A DNA stretch of 64,000 nt from Syncephalis fuscata S228 (lineage: Eukaryota > Fungi > Zoopagomycota): contig JAHLTZ010000008.1 of the NCBI GenBank assembly GCA_025786725.1, positions 755,656 through 819,655 on the forward strand, written 5' to 3'. Of the stretch, positions 1 through 15,280 are shown in pieces. Within the stretch, counting starts at the first letter, position 1; every line of letters starts with the position of its first letter. The position numbers were made by a program, and so were the translations under genes. The notes under the pieces were generated by a model that saw only the letters and a list, made by a program, of their open reading frames with translations, was not told the origin of the DNA and searched no databases.

Positions 1-2407
1 TGGCCCGCTCTTCCTTTTCACGACGTAATCGTTCCTCAATATCAAGCTATATATTATTAATCGTGTTATTATTAATCGTGTTATTATTAATACTGTATTA
101 TTAATGTTACTAATACTGTAACTTACACGTCGTTCATCAACGATATTCTTCTTTGTACGGCGCATTTGACGTCTTGTGGCTGAATTACGGCCACGTTTGC
201 GATTCTTTACATCCTTTTTATCTTGGTGAGCAGCAAGCTATAATAGTATATGTACATATATATATATTGTTTTTAGCTATCGTGATTATTAGGTATTAAC
301 TATTGTACTTACCAATGATTCAAATCGTTCTTGATCAACCAATGCTTGCGGTTTCTTGTCTACTCGACCGATAAAGTTGGGCTCTAACATGATAAGATCT
401 GGTTGAATCTATAGATTGTTTAACAGTGAGTGAATAGTTTATACACTAGACTATTAATAAACTTACCTTCTCCAATAGACTATGCACTTCTGTTTCTCGT
501 CGTTGTTTTGCGGTCTGGTATGGATTGGCGGTTAAACTATCAAAGTTGGGTTCGCCTGATCCTGGTACTACTAGACTGGAAATACCATCGGTACTGCCAT
601 AACCAAGTACATCATCATAAGGACAGAATTGGATTGCATTAATGATTTGACGAGGTGCCTGGTGATTCATATAGGGCGAGGCTTGTTTTGTTTGGAAAGC
701 ATCCTTCCATACCTATAGATGTATATATATATATATATGTGTGTGTATATATGTATAAATAAGTGATATCAATCTACTATTAAATATACATACCGTTACT
801 GTATTGCCATATCCTACTGCTAATAGACCCATTTGGCTAATATCAAGTGAGTGGGCGGGTTTAGGCGTGTAATAGTCATGAACTGCTTCAAATTTACGAA
901 TATCCCATATCTTTAGTTGACCATCTAATCCTGTGGTGGCCATATAACTACATTACATGGTTATTACGTGTGTATTTGATATATTATTATGATTTACTTA
1001 CTGTCCTGAAGACTGGACAGCTATTGCCGTTACTGGTCCTTTATGGCATTGCATCTTTACCAGGGAGAGGTAGTGTTAGGACTCCATAGTGTTACAGCAC
1101 CTATATTTAAATTAGAAAGATATTAATGTATACTTACAACTAACGCTTACCTTGAGCATGTCCCAAATGGATTACGGCATTGTATGGATTCTGGGCCATG
1201 ACATTACATTGGCCTAATCCAGTATTAATTTCGGCAACCATTTGACCAGTAGATGTGTCGTGGTATTTAAGATAGCCAGATTCATTCTACATATCAACAG
1301 CAGGTATATTAATAAATAGACAACATTAATTAAATAATAAATGACTTACAACGCTTGTAAGTAAAAAGTGATAAGGAAGGAAATCTAACTTGTGAACATT
1401 GCCATGTTTCTTTAAACAATGAATTTCTAAGCCTGTATGATCATAAATATAAACGTGTTTCTTTTGAGCCACAGCAAACATCGTCTCATTATGAAGCCAG
1501 CTATGATAGATACGGTTAATAAAGATTTAAAGTAATACAATTGACTTACCATACGTCTCGAACAGTTTCACGTAATTGAAGTTCACAGTTTAATTTACCT
1601 GCACGCCAGTCAAATGCAGCAACATGACCACGACGACCACCAATCAATAAATGACTATTATTCAATATTAAAATGAGTATATATAAATATATCTATCTAT
1701 CTATCTATATGTAACAATACTTACCGTCCATTACGTGCGTAATCCAAAGTATATGGTCCAGTTGTATCAAATTTCAAATTAAATATCTAAATAATTGGTA
1801 TCATTTATGTATTTAGCATTGTTAAATAGTGTCAAATATTATATTACCTTATTCTGATTAGCCATATCTAAATGTTGGCCAATTTGATCTTGTGTAAATT
1901 TAAATGTTTTCTCCATGCCTTCAGCTTCCAAATAACTATTTATATTTTATTAATATACCAAATACCATATAATAAATACTATAATTATAGTAACACTTAC
2001 CCAACTTCCTCTGTAAGAAGCATTTCCGCTCGTGCTGCTGTCTCGGCTGCCTCCCGTGCAAATTTATCCATCTTGTTCATAGCACTGCGTAGTCGACCAC
2101 CTTTTACTGGCTAATACATCAATATTCATTATATCAATTAATTATTATTATTAATGACTATATCACTTTTATTTACCTTATTACCGGATTTTACTTGGTT
2201 AATACGCTCATATTTGGTTATACGTTCTTGTAATTCCGGGTTCAATATCGACGGTTCTGCTGTACCAGTAGTAGACGCTTTCATACCACCACGCTTCTTC
2301 ATACGATGCTTTTGTTTTGCACCCGTAGATGCACCCGCCTCTCCAGCCCGTGGTTTCAGTTTATTCACGGCATTCTGCATACCTGATGTACCCTTTTCTG
2401 CTGCCAT
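1..2407 (-). CDS. UTP7: U3 snoRNP/SSU processome WD40 protein Utp7 (WDR46/BING4); multi-exon, runs off the left edge
   Basis: Exons encode [18 protein letters not shown] (WD40) and the BING4CT motif [35 protein letters not shown]; ATG at 2407; many short GT-AG introns. Confidence 0.93.
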
Positions 2408-2790
2408 CTTTACTTAATAAAAGCTAATAAAAAAGTAATAAATAATAAAAAAAAGAAAAAAATCCCTTACTCATTAAATGTACAGTTTATAGATTTATCA
2501 GTTTTACATTAAGCGTGTGTTTATCAAGGTGAATGTGTGACTTGTTCTTCACTTCTATAGTCATACCACACACACACACACATATATATATATTATCTAC
2601 GTGCCATATCCATCCTTGTTGATGACTGTGATAACTAACCATGACTGTAACAGCAATAACAACACAGTAACAGCGCTACTTTCCTTTCATCTTTACATTG
2701 TTTAACTTTATTGACACACTCCTCCTTTATCCTACACCTGTTATTACACAGTACCGCCATCGTCATCTCTAACTCAGACTACTGTCAGCC

Positions 2791-4694
<1,904 letters not shown>

Positions 4695-5762
4695 CTATAA
4701 ATATTAATAAAGTTTAAATTTGATTAAATACAATAGATAGCTTGATAGATTGATTATTATATGATGCGTCGTAATTAATTGTTATTATTCTTATTCATAT
4801 CTAATAAAAAGCTATATATTTTGAGTGTCAAAGCAATAGCATGTAGTTGCTGCTATGTGTAAGTAATCAATATAACCATTTGCCTCCCAATATCACAGTA
4901 TAAATATCATTTTGTTAGCATCTTTCTTATAATGACCACAAGAATGCAAAGCAAAAGAAAGCTAATGATAAAATTAGAAATAGAATTGAAAGTCGGAAAC
5001 TCGATACAATGCCATAATAAGCTATTCTTTAAGCATGGCCATTGCTATTCTAAGCTTCCAGTTTCAGGCATAATTTTTTGATATGGTGGAGTACAATATA
5101 TCAAGTGAACATCAATCAATGCCATTAATTCTCCTTACTTTATTGATAGGCAGATACTGTTGATTTGTTTTAATAATATAACTTTAAACTCGTATACACA
5201 TGTTCTATATTTATTGTGATATTCAAACTAAGCGGTGCTTTATTCCAAGTGCCATCATCTAAAGCTATGAGCTGTCTTAATCGTTTTTATCTTATAGAAA
5301 CCATACAATTGCTGGTTATTCGTAATGTGAAACATTAAAATTTGTGTTTAAATTTACAGCATTTGTACGAGACTTCTTTTGATATTGGCATTTAAAAATA
5401 ACAACCACACAAAGCTAGCATTAGTGCAACAAACCACGTCTTGCCCGTTTTGCACTATTCATATATATAGAAACAAAATGCAATTCTAAAAAAATTGTTC
5501 CTCAAATTCTATGTTGGAATATCGGAGATTTGCTACTTTTGAATTATTTCCATGTGCTTTTTTACAATTTCTTGTTCAAAGCGTGCATGCCATATTTGTC
5601 CAACCTTTATAGCAAATATATCGATTATCTTATAGCGTATTTCGCTATAAATGTCTGCATTTTTAGCAGGTCTGCTTGTTTAACCATCACATCCTATTTC
5701 CTCACGTACTAGTTTTATAGAAAGCACAGCCTCTTATTCAACAGCTCACTTTTGACATAGTC

Positions 5763-6789
5763 ATGTTTACAATGAAATCAATTCTTGCTATCACAGCTAC
5801 TGCGCTTATGCTGGTATCAGCTACTCAAGCCACACCAGTTAATGGCATGTTTGATTTATTCAAAAATACTGGCAAGTATTTACATTAAATATTCTTGTTT
5901 TTAATTAACGGTATTATTCACATAGAACCCAATAAGGGTATAAGCGATGAATTTAAAAGCACACTTGATATGCATAATATTCAGTTAATAGGCGAAAAAA
6001 TTATATGGACAATTTATACTATCGTGAAGGAAAACAAAATGGAGAGCCCATTAGAGTTGCATGTGGAGCAAGGTCAAACGCAGACAATAAGGCTCTTAGA
6101 TTATACAAGGTAAGTTTATAAGCAATAGATATACAAAACCAATGATGCGTATGAACAACAGGATCTAATGGGTAATCATCCATTACATAATGAGGATAGC
6201 ACTATTTCATTTGCTATACCTAAAACTAGCTTCTTTAACGATAAAATCATTTGCTATGTTTTGCCATACTACGATTGTCAAAAGAAATTTGGAGCTATTG
6301 CTGAAAAATTTCAAAAAAACAACCACAAGCATAGTAATGCTGATGAAGACAAAATGTTGCAGTTGTGGAAAAAGATTGCAAAAGGTACGAGCTTCTATTG
6401 TTTGTATATATATTATAAACTAAACTGCAATCAGGTTTAAACTATTTAAAGAAATTGGGATGGCATGCCCACATGAATATTGATGGTAAATATATCATTG
6501 CTTATTAATATTAATATTAATAGTGTTATCAGATATTTGCGTCAATCAAGACAAAAGTGGATACAAAATACACTTTCTCCGGTTTAGCCATTCCACTCCA
6601 GTAAATAAACGTATAAATGTTCAGAGTGTAAATCGATTTATTATAAGACACACCATAGAGACTATTGAGCATAATAGGCAACTGGTTTTAATTAGTCTAC
6701 TTGACGACGGTACGCCAGAGTCAAAAAATATGACTGGAAGTCTATTGTACGTTACGCGGTGGCCTGTGGCTTTAATGGCCATCCAATAA
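5763..6789 (+). CDS. Secreted protein-kinase-like (probable pseudokinase), multi-exon
   Basis: Signal peptide MFTMKSILAITATALMLVSATQA; micro-exon 6435-6485 GLNYLKKLGWHAHMNID at the subdomain VIa/VIb position; intron layout shared with the genes at 24.8k, 36k and 45.3k; at least one frameshift; C-terminus uncertain. Confidence 0.6.
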
Positions 6790-7314
6790 ATTTCTGTCTC
6801 TAACGTTAGAAACAGCTAGACCCGTATAAAACTATAATCGACAGTATGCTTCTTGGCCCGATAGCGACGAATAACGTGTCTTAAAATAATCGACATTTCT
6901 TAAATAAAATTGTAATGTGTTTTATTTTAATTATTGCATTTTTCTAATGGCTTTAATATCTTTATTTACTTGTTAATAATCAGCAATGTGTAAATGTTTG
7001 ATTATACTAACAAAATTTGGCATGTTTTAAACATGTATATATACAAAATCAAATTAAGGCAACTGAAAGTAGTTTGGTAAATCGTTTCTAATATTTATTT
7101 AAATATTGATGATTTTTTACTATAAATCATACACATAATGTAATACTAGTTTTTATGTATAATGATAAACAACACCAGCTAATCACTGGTCCAATACATA
7201 TTATTGTACATCATTACCACTCGATTTATATTATCGCGTTATCATATATGATGTTTTTTCATAAATAAATAACGCAAGCCTCTTTCTTTCGCAAACATTA
7301 AAAAACTACAATTA

Positions 7315-7380
7315 GATAGATAGATAAATAATAATAGATGGACAATAATAGATAGACAATAATAGATAGACAATAATAGC
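7315..7380 (+). repeat. Short tandem repeat: (AGAT)n plus ~15-bp unit ATAGACAATAATAG x3
   Basis: Directly visible. Confidence 0.8.
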
Positions 7381-7988
7381 TGGTACCTTTAAGGACGACA
7401 TCCCAAGAAATGCAGCCATGCCACCATGTTAACTTGGTTCACCAATACTAGGCATCGTTTATATGGCAAACTTGTATTTTGCACCGTTGTTTATGTGATG
7501 TCTACACACATGACGGACCTGTGCACTACGATTCCATTTCCTTGAACTTTACCATGTGCTATCACATTATTCATTGGCACCTTCGTATCACCATGTGTGC
7601 ATCACTCAGTACGCATGGTAATGTTATGCACGCGGCACTCATTTGCATGCTGTACGTGCCATTATACAGCAAGAGTCGTTTGCTTGCACCATTTCTTTCT
7701 CAATAATAACGCTTTCTTTTCTTCTACTATTGCTTTTTCTTCGATTACCACTAATACTACAATTATACTACCTCTACACCATCTATCCCCCCCCTACACT
7801 ACTTCAAAATAATACTACAACTAAGCCTAATACGACATTTATTTCCTGTATCCTATCATGTTCATTGTAGCAATTGTATAGTATAAGAGATTTAGCAACA
7901 ATTGCCCTATCATCCCATAGTTACACATAGTAACGCTCCTTCCATATTCTCCCCCTATTCCTTATACCTTTGTCGATAGTTTGCGACC

Positions 7989-10508
7989 ATGGGGCAGGTA
8001 CCCAGTCGAGGGCCATACGATTCAAATCGTCTACTAGCGGCCCGCTCTCGGTCGCGCTCTCGCGGCTCTCTGCTGTCTAGGTCTTCATCGGCAGCTGTTA
8101 CCGTAACTTCGAGTGGACCAGAGCAGGTACGCTCATTTCTATCGGTCGACGAAGATTCGGATACTATTTTTGGCCGGCTAGACCGAGAAGAGAAGCGTGG
8201 TAACGAAATCTGGACCGAGCAGTCCATTTATGGATCCATGACTGGTCATTCTGCAGCCACTGTTCCTACATCGCGCAATGGCTGTTGCAGCTACGGTGCA
8301 CGATGCAGCCTGGCTTCGGCCAATCCAGCTGCAGCCGTAGATGGAAAAGCTTCAATGCCAGGCTACGAGAAGCCTGAAGGTACTCGATATCTTCAACACT
8401 CAAGTTACCATTGTGAGTGCTCTAACACCGACGACCGTCCACGTCGTTCTACCCTACCAGGACTATCCTCGTCTTCATCTTCATCCTCCGCCAATACAGC
8501 GTTACCCGGTCGATGCTTAATGCGTCCACCTGCTGTGACGGCTGAACCATATCGAATGGATCTCACAGAAAGCTCAAACCGTAACCCACGCAACCGTCTT
8601 CGTAAGATGGCCAGTCTAGCAAGCAGTTTGCGCAGCTTTGCCATGGGTAAACGATCAACACCCAGTGTACGTAGTGAGCGCAGCATGGATAGTATTACAT
8701 CAGATTCATGTGAAGGCCACTCTACACCTACAAAGGATCCCTCGTCTGGGCTTGTAGTAGTAACGACACCGACACCTATCTACTCCGCTAATGGTTCGGC
8801 AAGTAGCTTTGTTGTATCGGCAAATCATGTCGATGCTACATGTACCAGCGAGCTTTCTACAATGTGTGCTAGTCCCGTTGATTGGCAGTCTTCAAGTCAT
8901 GTCCGTTCCTCTTCGTCTAATACTGCTACAACTTCGTTTCCGTTTACCGATGTGCTTGAATATGTGCCTGTAAGACGGGGTAGTGTTCAGGAAATGCCAT
9001 TACGCAAAAAGTGTTCAATTATTGGCAGTTTTCAACGACGTTCACCAAAAGACAGTCCACAAATGGGCATTGCCACTGATATTGGTGCAATGAAATCATG
9101 TCCGCTTGTGGCCAGTGCATCGTATGATCCAACGATGCAGTGTACTACTCGACAAAATTCAATATCGACTGATGGTAAAGGCTCCAAATCCAGGCCAAAA
9201 CTAAATATTATTACTGAACTAAATCCAAATGTGGTGCAGCTCAAAAGTCCAGTTCACTGGTTCAGTTTCATTGGGTGCAGGGCCGACGGCGCTGTGATTT
9301 TGGTCAAGGTGCCTCGGAAATGCTTCCTGGTGATCAGGACGACGTTGATTAGTAAGTAGTAATTAGTCGCAATGTTGTATAATACTTACATTTATTTAGT
9401 GCCGATCATTTACATGACATTATCTGGTTTATTGCACGTCGTAACTACTTTGCTCCTTTATTGTATCCAAAGCGTGTTCTAGACATTGGCTGTGGCAGTG
9501 GGACGTGGATGCGCGTAAGTAACATTATAATGTATAGGCATTAAATAATCAACTGACCTTTATATAACAATAGGAAATGGCTACAAGCTTTCCTAAAAGC
9601 CAATTTACCGGCATCGATTTAGTCGATGTATTTGCGCGTGATCGTGCTCCTAAAAACTGTCGCTTCCAACTGGCCAATATACTTGATGGCATGCCTTCTT
9701 TAGCGGCAAACCATTTTGATTATATTCACCAGCGAATGCTTGTATTTAATATTCCAACCGATAGCTACTCAAGCGTATTTGCGAATACCATCGTCTATTA
9801 CGACCCGGAGGCTTCCTTGAGCTGATGGAGTGTGATATGCAACTACAGCCTGCCGGTCCAGTGGGCACACGTCTTAACGCTATGTTACAGATGGTGTGCA
9901 ACTCGCGTGGTATCAATCTAGATCATGCTGCTTCGCTAGATCAGTCTATTACCTCTGCTGGTCTACACTGTATCGGTAGAGAAGTACTGCATGTGCCGGT
10001 TGGCGCATGGGCCGGCGTAACAGGCGAGATTGTGGCACGAGTACTTCTTGGCCAAATATTTTCTAATTTTGAAGACTCCTTTTTACGTCTGGGTTTACTT
10101 GAAGATTCATCAAAGTTATTTAGCACTGATGCTACTTTTAATACTAACAATAACAAAAGCGATTTTATCTCAACAACCTATAAAGACAGTAGCGATTTTG
10201 GCCTAAGTACAGAAAGCTGGGCCATGCCTGATATGATGACAGCGGCAACACCAGGAACGTGTCCAACGTCATCAACAGACATATGTGCTACAGGGTTGTC
10301 CGGAATGACGCTACATACTGTTTCAGAGGAATCATCGTTAACTTCGGCAAATTCCGAGTCATCTTCACATATGCCTCAACGTATTCGCTGGGATGCCGAA
10401 TCACGAGCCGCCAATCTTGCCGATTTACTTGCTCGTTTCACCAAAGAAGTTGACGATCGACAAACTCATTTATTAATGCATGTTTTTGTAGCACAGAAAA
10501 AGGCATAG
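7989..10508 (+). CDS. Class I SAM-dependent methyltransferase (LaeA-like) with long Ser-rich N-terminal extension
   Basis: Motifs RVLDIGCGSGTWMR, FTGIDLVDVF, FDYIHQRML, VPVGAWAG; introns near 9352-9399 and 9515-9573; apparent frameshifts near 9250 and 9780. Confidence 0.88.
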
Positions 10509-11823
10509 TATATTATGTGCTTTTGCAAAGCCCCAACACCTACTTTTTAGAAAATTGTTTTTTTACACTATTGCTATTGCTATGGATTTTCAAACCTTGT
10601 TTAATTTCATATTCATTTATTAACTATTCATACTCGATGACTTACTTTTAATGTCGTTCATCTTTTATTGTTATTAATCTCATTTTGAGTATTTGAATTT
10701 CGATAGTAGCATTTTACACCGGCTATCATTGTTCATTCTTGTTATCATGCTCATGTTAATATTATTACGAGTTGACACAGCCTTTAAGGCCATGCAATTT
10801 GTTTAAATAAATATACTCTGCACAATAATTAATATTTTAGGTGCATTATAAAACAATTTGAAACTATGTACAAATTACATTGTCTCCCATAGCAGTGGTT
10901 CATCAGATTGCAATATCTAATGAAGATTTTTTAAACAAATTTAATTTTAATTGATTAGTGTTTATATATAATTTCAATAGAAAGAGGTATCACTACTGAT
11001 AGTAGAACAAATTCAACAAATAGAATATTGGCAAACATATTTAAAGCAATCGATTGCTATCGACAATAGTTGGTATACTTGCTATAAAAACGCAAGTAAA
11101 TGGTTTAATTGTAGCTATAGCAATGCATAATAAATGTATTTGCTTATTCCGGAAGTTCTAGAGTAATATCAGCATGCATTATACTGTCAAATATCCGTCT
11201 TTTCAAAAATAAATGCAAAAAGATTATAATTAGACACACGAGGAAAAGTGAATAATTATTGTTTTCACGCTTAAGCTTGACAAGATACTAATCACATTTG
11301 ACTTATACATCGAAATATAATGTATGTTTTTGACGGCCATTACATTGTGAATTCGTATTGTATTATAGCTTGGACACTCAAGTATGGCATGTAGCTTACG
11401 CTGTGATTTGATAGCCATTAGATTGACCAATATTTAAATTTACAGTTGTTATAAATTAGCCAGTATATATAAATTCAATTGAATCACTAAACTTATTAGT
11501 CATTTTTTTAAAAAAAACACGTAGTTTTTTTTAATAAAAAAAGTCGAATTTGCCACCAACAAAAATAGTCGCTGTTTTTCTGTGATGTGTGGCAAGATAA
11601 GTTTAAAAGAACAGTTATATATAAATATATAAATATAATATTAATATCTTATTAATAACACGTTTAATAATAACGACTTCTAGTGTTCAATGATTTTACT
11701 GTTATTTAACTTTACTACTATACTCATTATTTTTTATAATGATATTGTATATGCGTTCACTTGTGTGTGGTATTATAATTGTAGGAATGTGTAAAGTGTA
11801 GAAAGTTTTAGACCAACTTTAGT

Positions 11824-13030
11824 ATGCACCATGTCATTGAACATTACTTTGTGCAATCCAAATATCAATGCAGCCTTTTCACCAAAATTTCATCTAAATT
11901 ATTTATTACGGCGTTATACAAAATAATTGCTACTGAATTCATTACACGTATAGCAGCGGGGACATCAAACGGCGCAAGAAATCCCAGGACATCAAATGAC
12001 GATTATAAACTTAATTTATTTGTTATTGGAAACTTTAAACCGCTTATCGATGCAATGAATTCTAGGAAGCCATTTGATTTAGCTAAAATTGACTTTGAAT
12101 ATCGTATTACTATCAGTAGCAAAACTGATGTTAGGATTAAATTTCTTAAAAAATAAAAAAATTAATGGTGAAAGTGAATTTATATACGATTTCTGGTTAT
12201 AAACAATCTAACAATAAAGAAAACTTGGCGACATCACAATTGTTCCTCGCAATAAATCATCACATGATATGAGTGGCACATTGCGAAGAAAAAAGACTTA
12301 TACCGTCCTTCTAATTTGCTTCATGTTGTTAGCGTTGTTGGCGAAATCTTAGCTTTTGTTTTCATCATACACACCTTACTTTTCAGTCAGCGTCGCCTTT
12401 GACCTTGGGAAATTATCCAACGGTATTTTGTACGTAACAAAATACTTAGTACTATGCCGCAGTTCATGAGAGACATGAAATCTACCAGTCAACCCAAATC
12501 TAAGCAAGCTACAACTATAGATATAGAGTTTTATATGCGTTAAATCTACAGAAACAGAATACTTATCACGACCACCAAAATTATAGAATTATTACGTCGA
12601 CAAGTATCATTAAATGGCAGTATAGCACCATATGTACCACCAATGATAGTTGATGAGAAGCAGTAAAATTATTTGCCACACTTTTTTTTGAAGATGAAAT
12701 TCATGAACTTGAGACAATATTGACTACACAAACTATAAAAACACAAAATTACAAGGCACAAACGGAAACACAAATGAAAGCACAAGTAGAACAACTTGAA
12801 CTGGCATCACGACGACTTGCAGCATTTAAGGATAAATAATATCCAAACAACTCAATATTACGTTAAATGAACTAATAAGTAATGATAATAACAATGGTAA
12901 TAATGGTAGTAATTTATTAAATTATTTGATGGCCCAAATAATAATTTTTTAAAGCTCGTTTAACTAAGTTGGAAGCATTTCAACATCGATTGGGAGCATT
13001 TTACCTGGACCCTGATCTGTTTAAAAATAA
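11824..13030 (+). pseudogene. Decayed intronless ORF of unknown family with coiled-coil-like C-terminal part
   Basis: 110-aa ORF followed by stop- and frameshift-broken coding-like stretches (RKLGDITIVPRNKSSHDMSG; EDEIHELETILTTQ...KAQVEQLELASRRLAAFKDK). Confidence 0.4.
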
Positions 13031-13272
13031 TTAATTTATATATTTGAAGTTATTTTACTTTCACATTTTTTATTTACTCATTTCACTTCCTTTTTAAATA
13101 TTTTTAAATACAATTAAACATCTATTTATCACTATAAAATGTATAATATTACATCCAACATTAATTAATTCATGTGTAATTATCAATACAATAATGTAAC
13201 TAATTAATTATTTTTATTATTGCTTTAATATATATATATTGTTATTTATGATATTGATTGTTCAAAATGCCA

Positions 13273-13690
13273 TTTATTTAGTCAGATTGGCTATAAGGGA
13301 AATGACTGTTTAATAGACGACATTTATAATAGTTATATTAATCTTGAGTTTACATTACAAATATGCCCAAAATGCAATACTAGAATATTAGAAAATAGAA
13401 GAGACCATTCAGATGTAATAATCCATATTGTACGTAGATGCAACAACAACAAATGCGGAATGACATGGAAGCACAATCATATGGCTTCTATTAATATTCA
13501 ATCAATCTTTTTATACATGGCTAACAACAATAATAGTCGACCTCAATGTTTCAATGAAATTAAATAGTATGCTACATTCTTTAAATTAATAACAATGTTT
13601 TAATAAAGAGTAATATAACTATATTGTGCATAACAACGACATGACTCTGATTGGAACGAATTTTACTTTGGGAATTCAAGATGCAGAAGT
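13273..13690 (+). mobile_element. Fanzor/TnpB-like 3' remnant, copy 1 (Zn-finger + RuvC-III + conserved 3' non-coding tail)
   Basis: Translates TLQICPKCNTRILENRRDHSDVIIHIVRRCNNNKCGMTWKHNHMASINIQSIFLYMANNNNSRPQCF, fitting the TSxxCxxC...C-x4-C...WNRDxxAxxNI...RPxxF end of Fanzor1; homologous to 20014-20232 (+) and 23809-24245 (-). Confidence 0.8.
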
Positions 13691-13878
13691 CATGCTGTTA
13701 TGTATAACATAGTTATATTACTTTTTATTAAAATATTATACATGCTATGTATTATTCCATTTTTAGCTTTTAACTTTAGTACTTGTTAATTGAGTTAAAT
13801 AAAATGCTGCATCATATAAAATATTGTGTGTTATTTAACATTATTATACAATTTAATTAAATTTATTAATCAGTATAG

Positions 13879-14066
13879 TGTAGTGCGGTTATGTCGGTAC
13901 CTAAGCCCAGTACCTAGGCCTCTGGGATATCACCCATGGCGGTATGAGTTCCGTGGACGTTCGCTTCTATTGCTTGATTTGATAAACAAAATCCCTCTAC
14001 TCAGAAGGGCAAGCACTGTAGGTATTCTCTTACAGATGCTCGAATCTGCCTAACTAGAACGCTACG
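13879..14066. other. GC-rich 188-bp island with degenerate TGTAGTG...CGCTACG termini (solo LTR or ncRNA?)
   Basis: Sharp compositional contrast with flanks; imperfect inverted termini; short hairpins; no TSD seen. Confidence 0.3.
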
Positions 14067-14512
14067 TAACTTTTTAACACTTAATACAAAATAAAATACA
14101 ATTCAAAAGGCTTTTCCTTCTTTATTCAAAAGTGTGTTTTGAATCCTCTTATTATGCATCAAAGATACAGCAAACACAACACAGCAATGCCGAGCTACAT
14201 ATATCAATTTTTATTAATAAAAGAGCTGTAACCATACCGACAACGGTTATAGACAGCGTATAGCCAATATATAATAAAATGATAAACATTATAATGAATA
14301 CGCAATATTGAACGAGATTAGTAATGTTCAAGTTATTGAGCATATATGTATGTGCATGAGCAAAATAAGTCAATTTTATTAATAATAGTTCTAGAACAAA
14401 AATAAAAACAGTTTTGGATAAAGAAAGTCTAGACAAGTATAAGATGATATATAAAATGATAAATGTACGGTAAGAAAACATATAAACCGATGTTAAAGGT
14501 ACAGTGTGTATA

Positions 14513-14600
14513 CATCATCATGTTCAATAGATTGGACGTTATTAAATTTAGTCATTTGATCACCAAATCATAATAAATAACTAATAAATTGTTTAATGTA
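14513..14600 (+). repeat. Dispersed ~90-110 bp repeat, copy A
   Basis: CATCATCATGTTCAATAGATTGGA.GTTATTAAAT...CAAATCATA shared with ~19672-19785 and ~61152-61262. Confidence 0.7.
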
Positions 14601-15280
14601 AAAAGATTATCTTTATTTAATTAATAAATAATGTAATATATACAATTCATAAATTAAATGGTATTGTACATAAAAAGACTATGAATAAATTGAAATACCA
14701 ATGAGTGAATTGTTCAAGTGGTGAAATACAAGAAAGAATAAAAATCAATAGCATAAAAGCAAATATATTCATAAAACAATGTCATTAGTAAAATAAGAAG
14801 AATGGATATCAATGCATAAACAAATGTCATTATCATAGAACATAATATTACAGTTGACAACTCTAAACTTTTAAGCATTAGATTCAGTATATAAGCAACA
14901 GCTTTTTATTGTAAATGATGATTTAAACACAAATTAATCTAATCAGCTCGTCAACTATTTAAATCACTACAATCGATTGCGTAAAATAATTTACTACTCT
15001 GGGGGATTAAAGTAGATAGTTAACTAAAAACATTTATACATTACAATATCGATGTTAATTAACATTGAAATAATCAACCGTTTACATTTCGTGGCAGCTA
15101 TACTGCAAAGCGATTAACATGAAAAACGCATAGTACATTCTTTAAATCTGCCATTATACTGCAAATAGGTGCAAGTATAACAGCATGTTGTTGAAGAAAC
15201 AAAGGCTATTCGAGCAATGAAATAAAGCAAACATATCTTAGAGTGAGTAATTAAGTAATTGTGTTGTCAAACATAATCCT

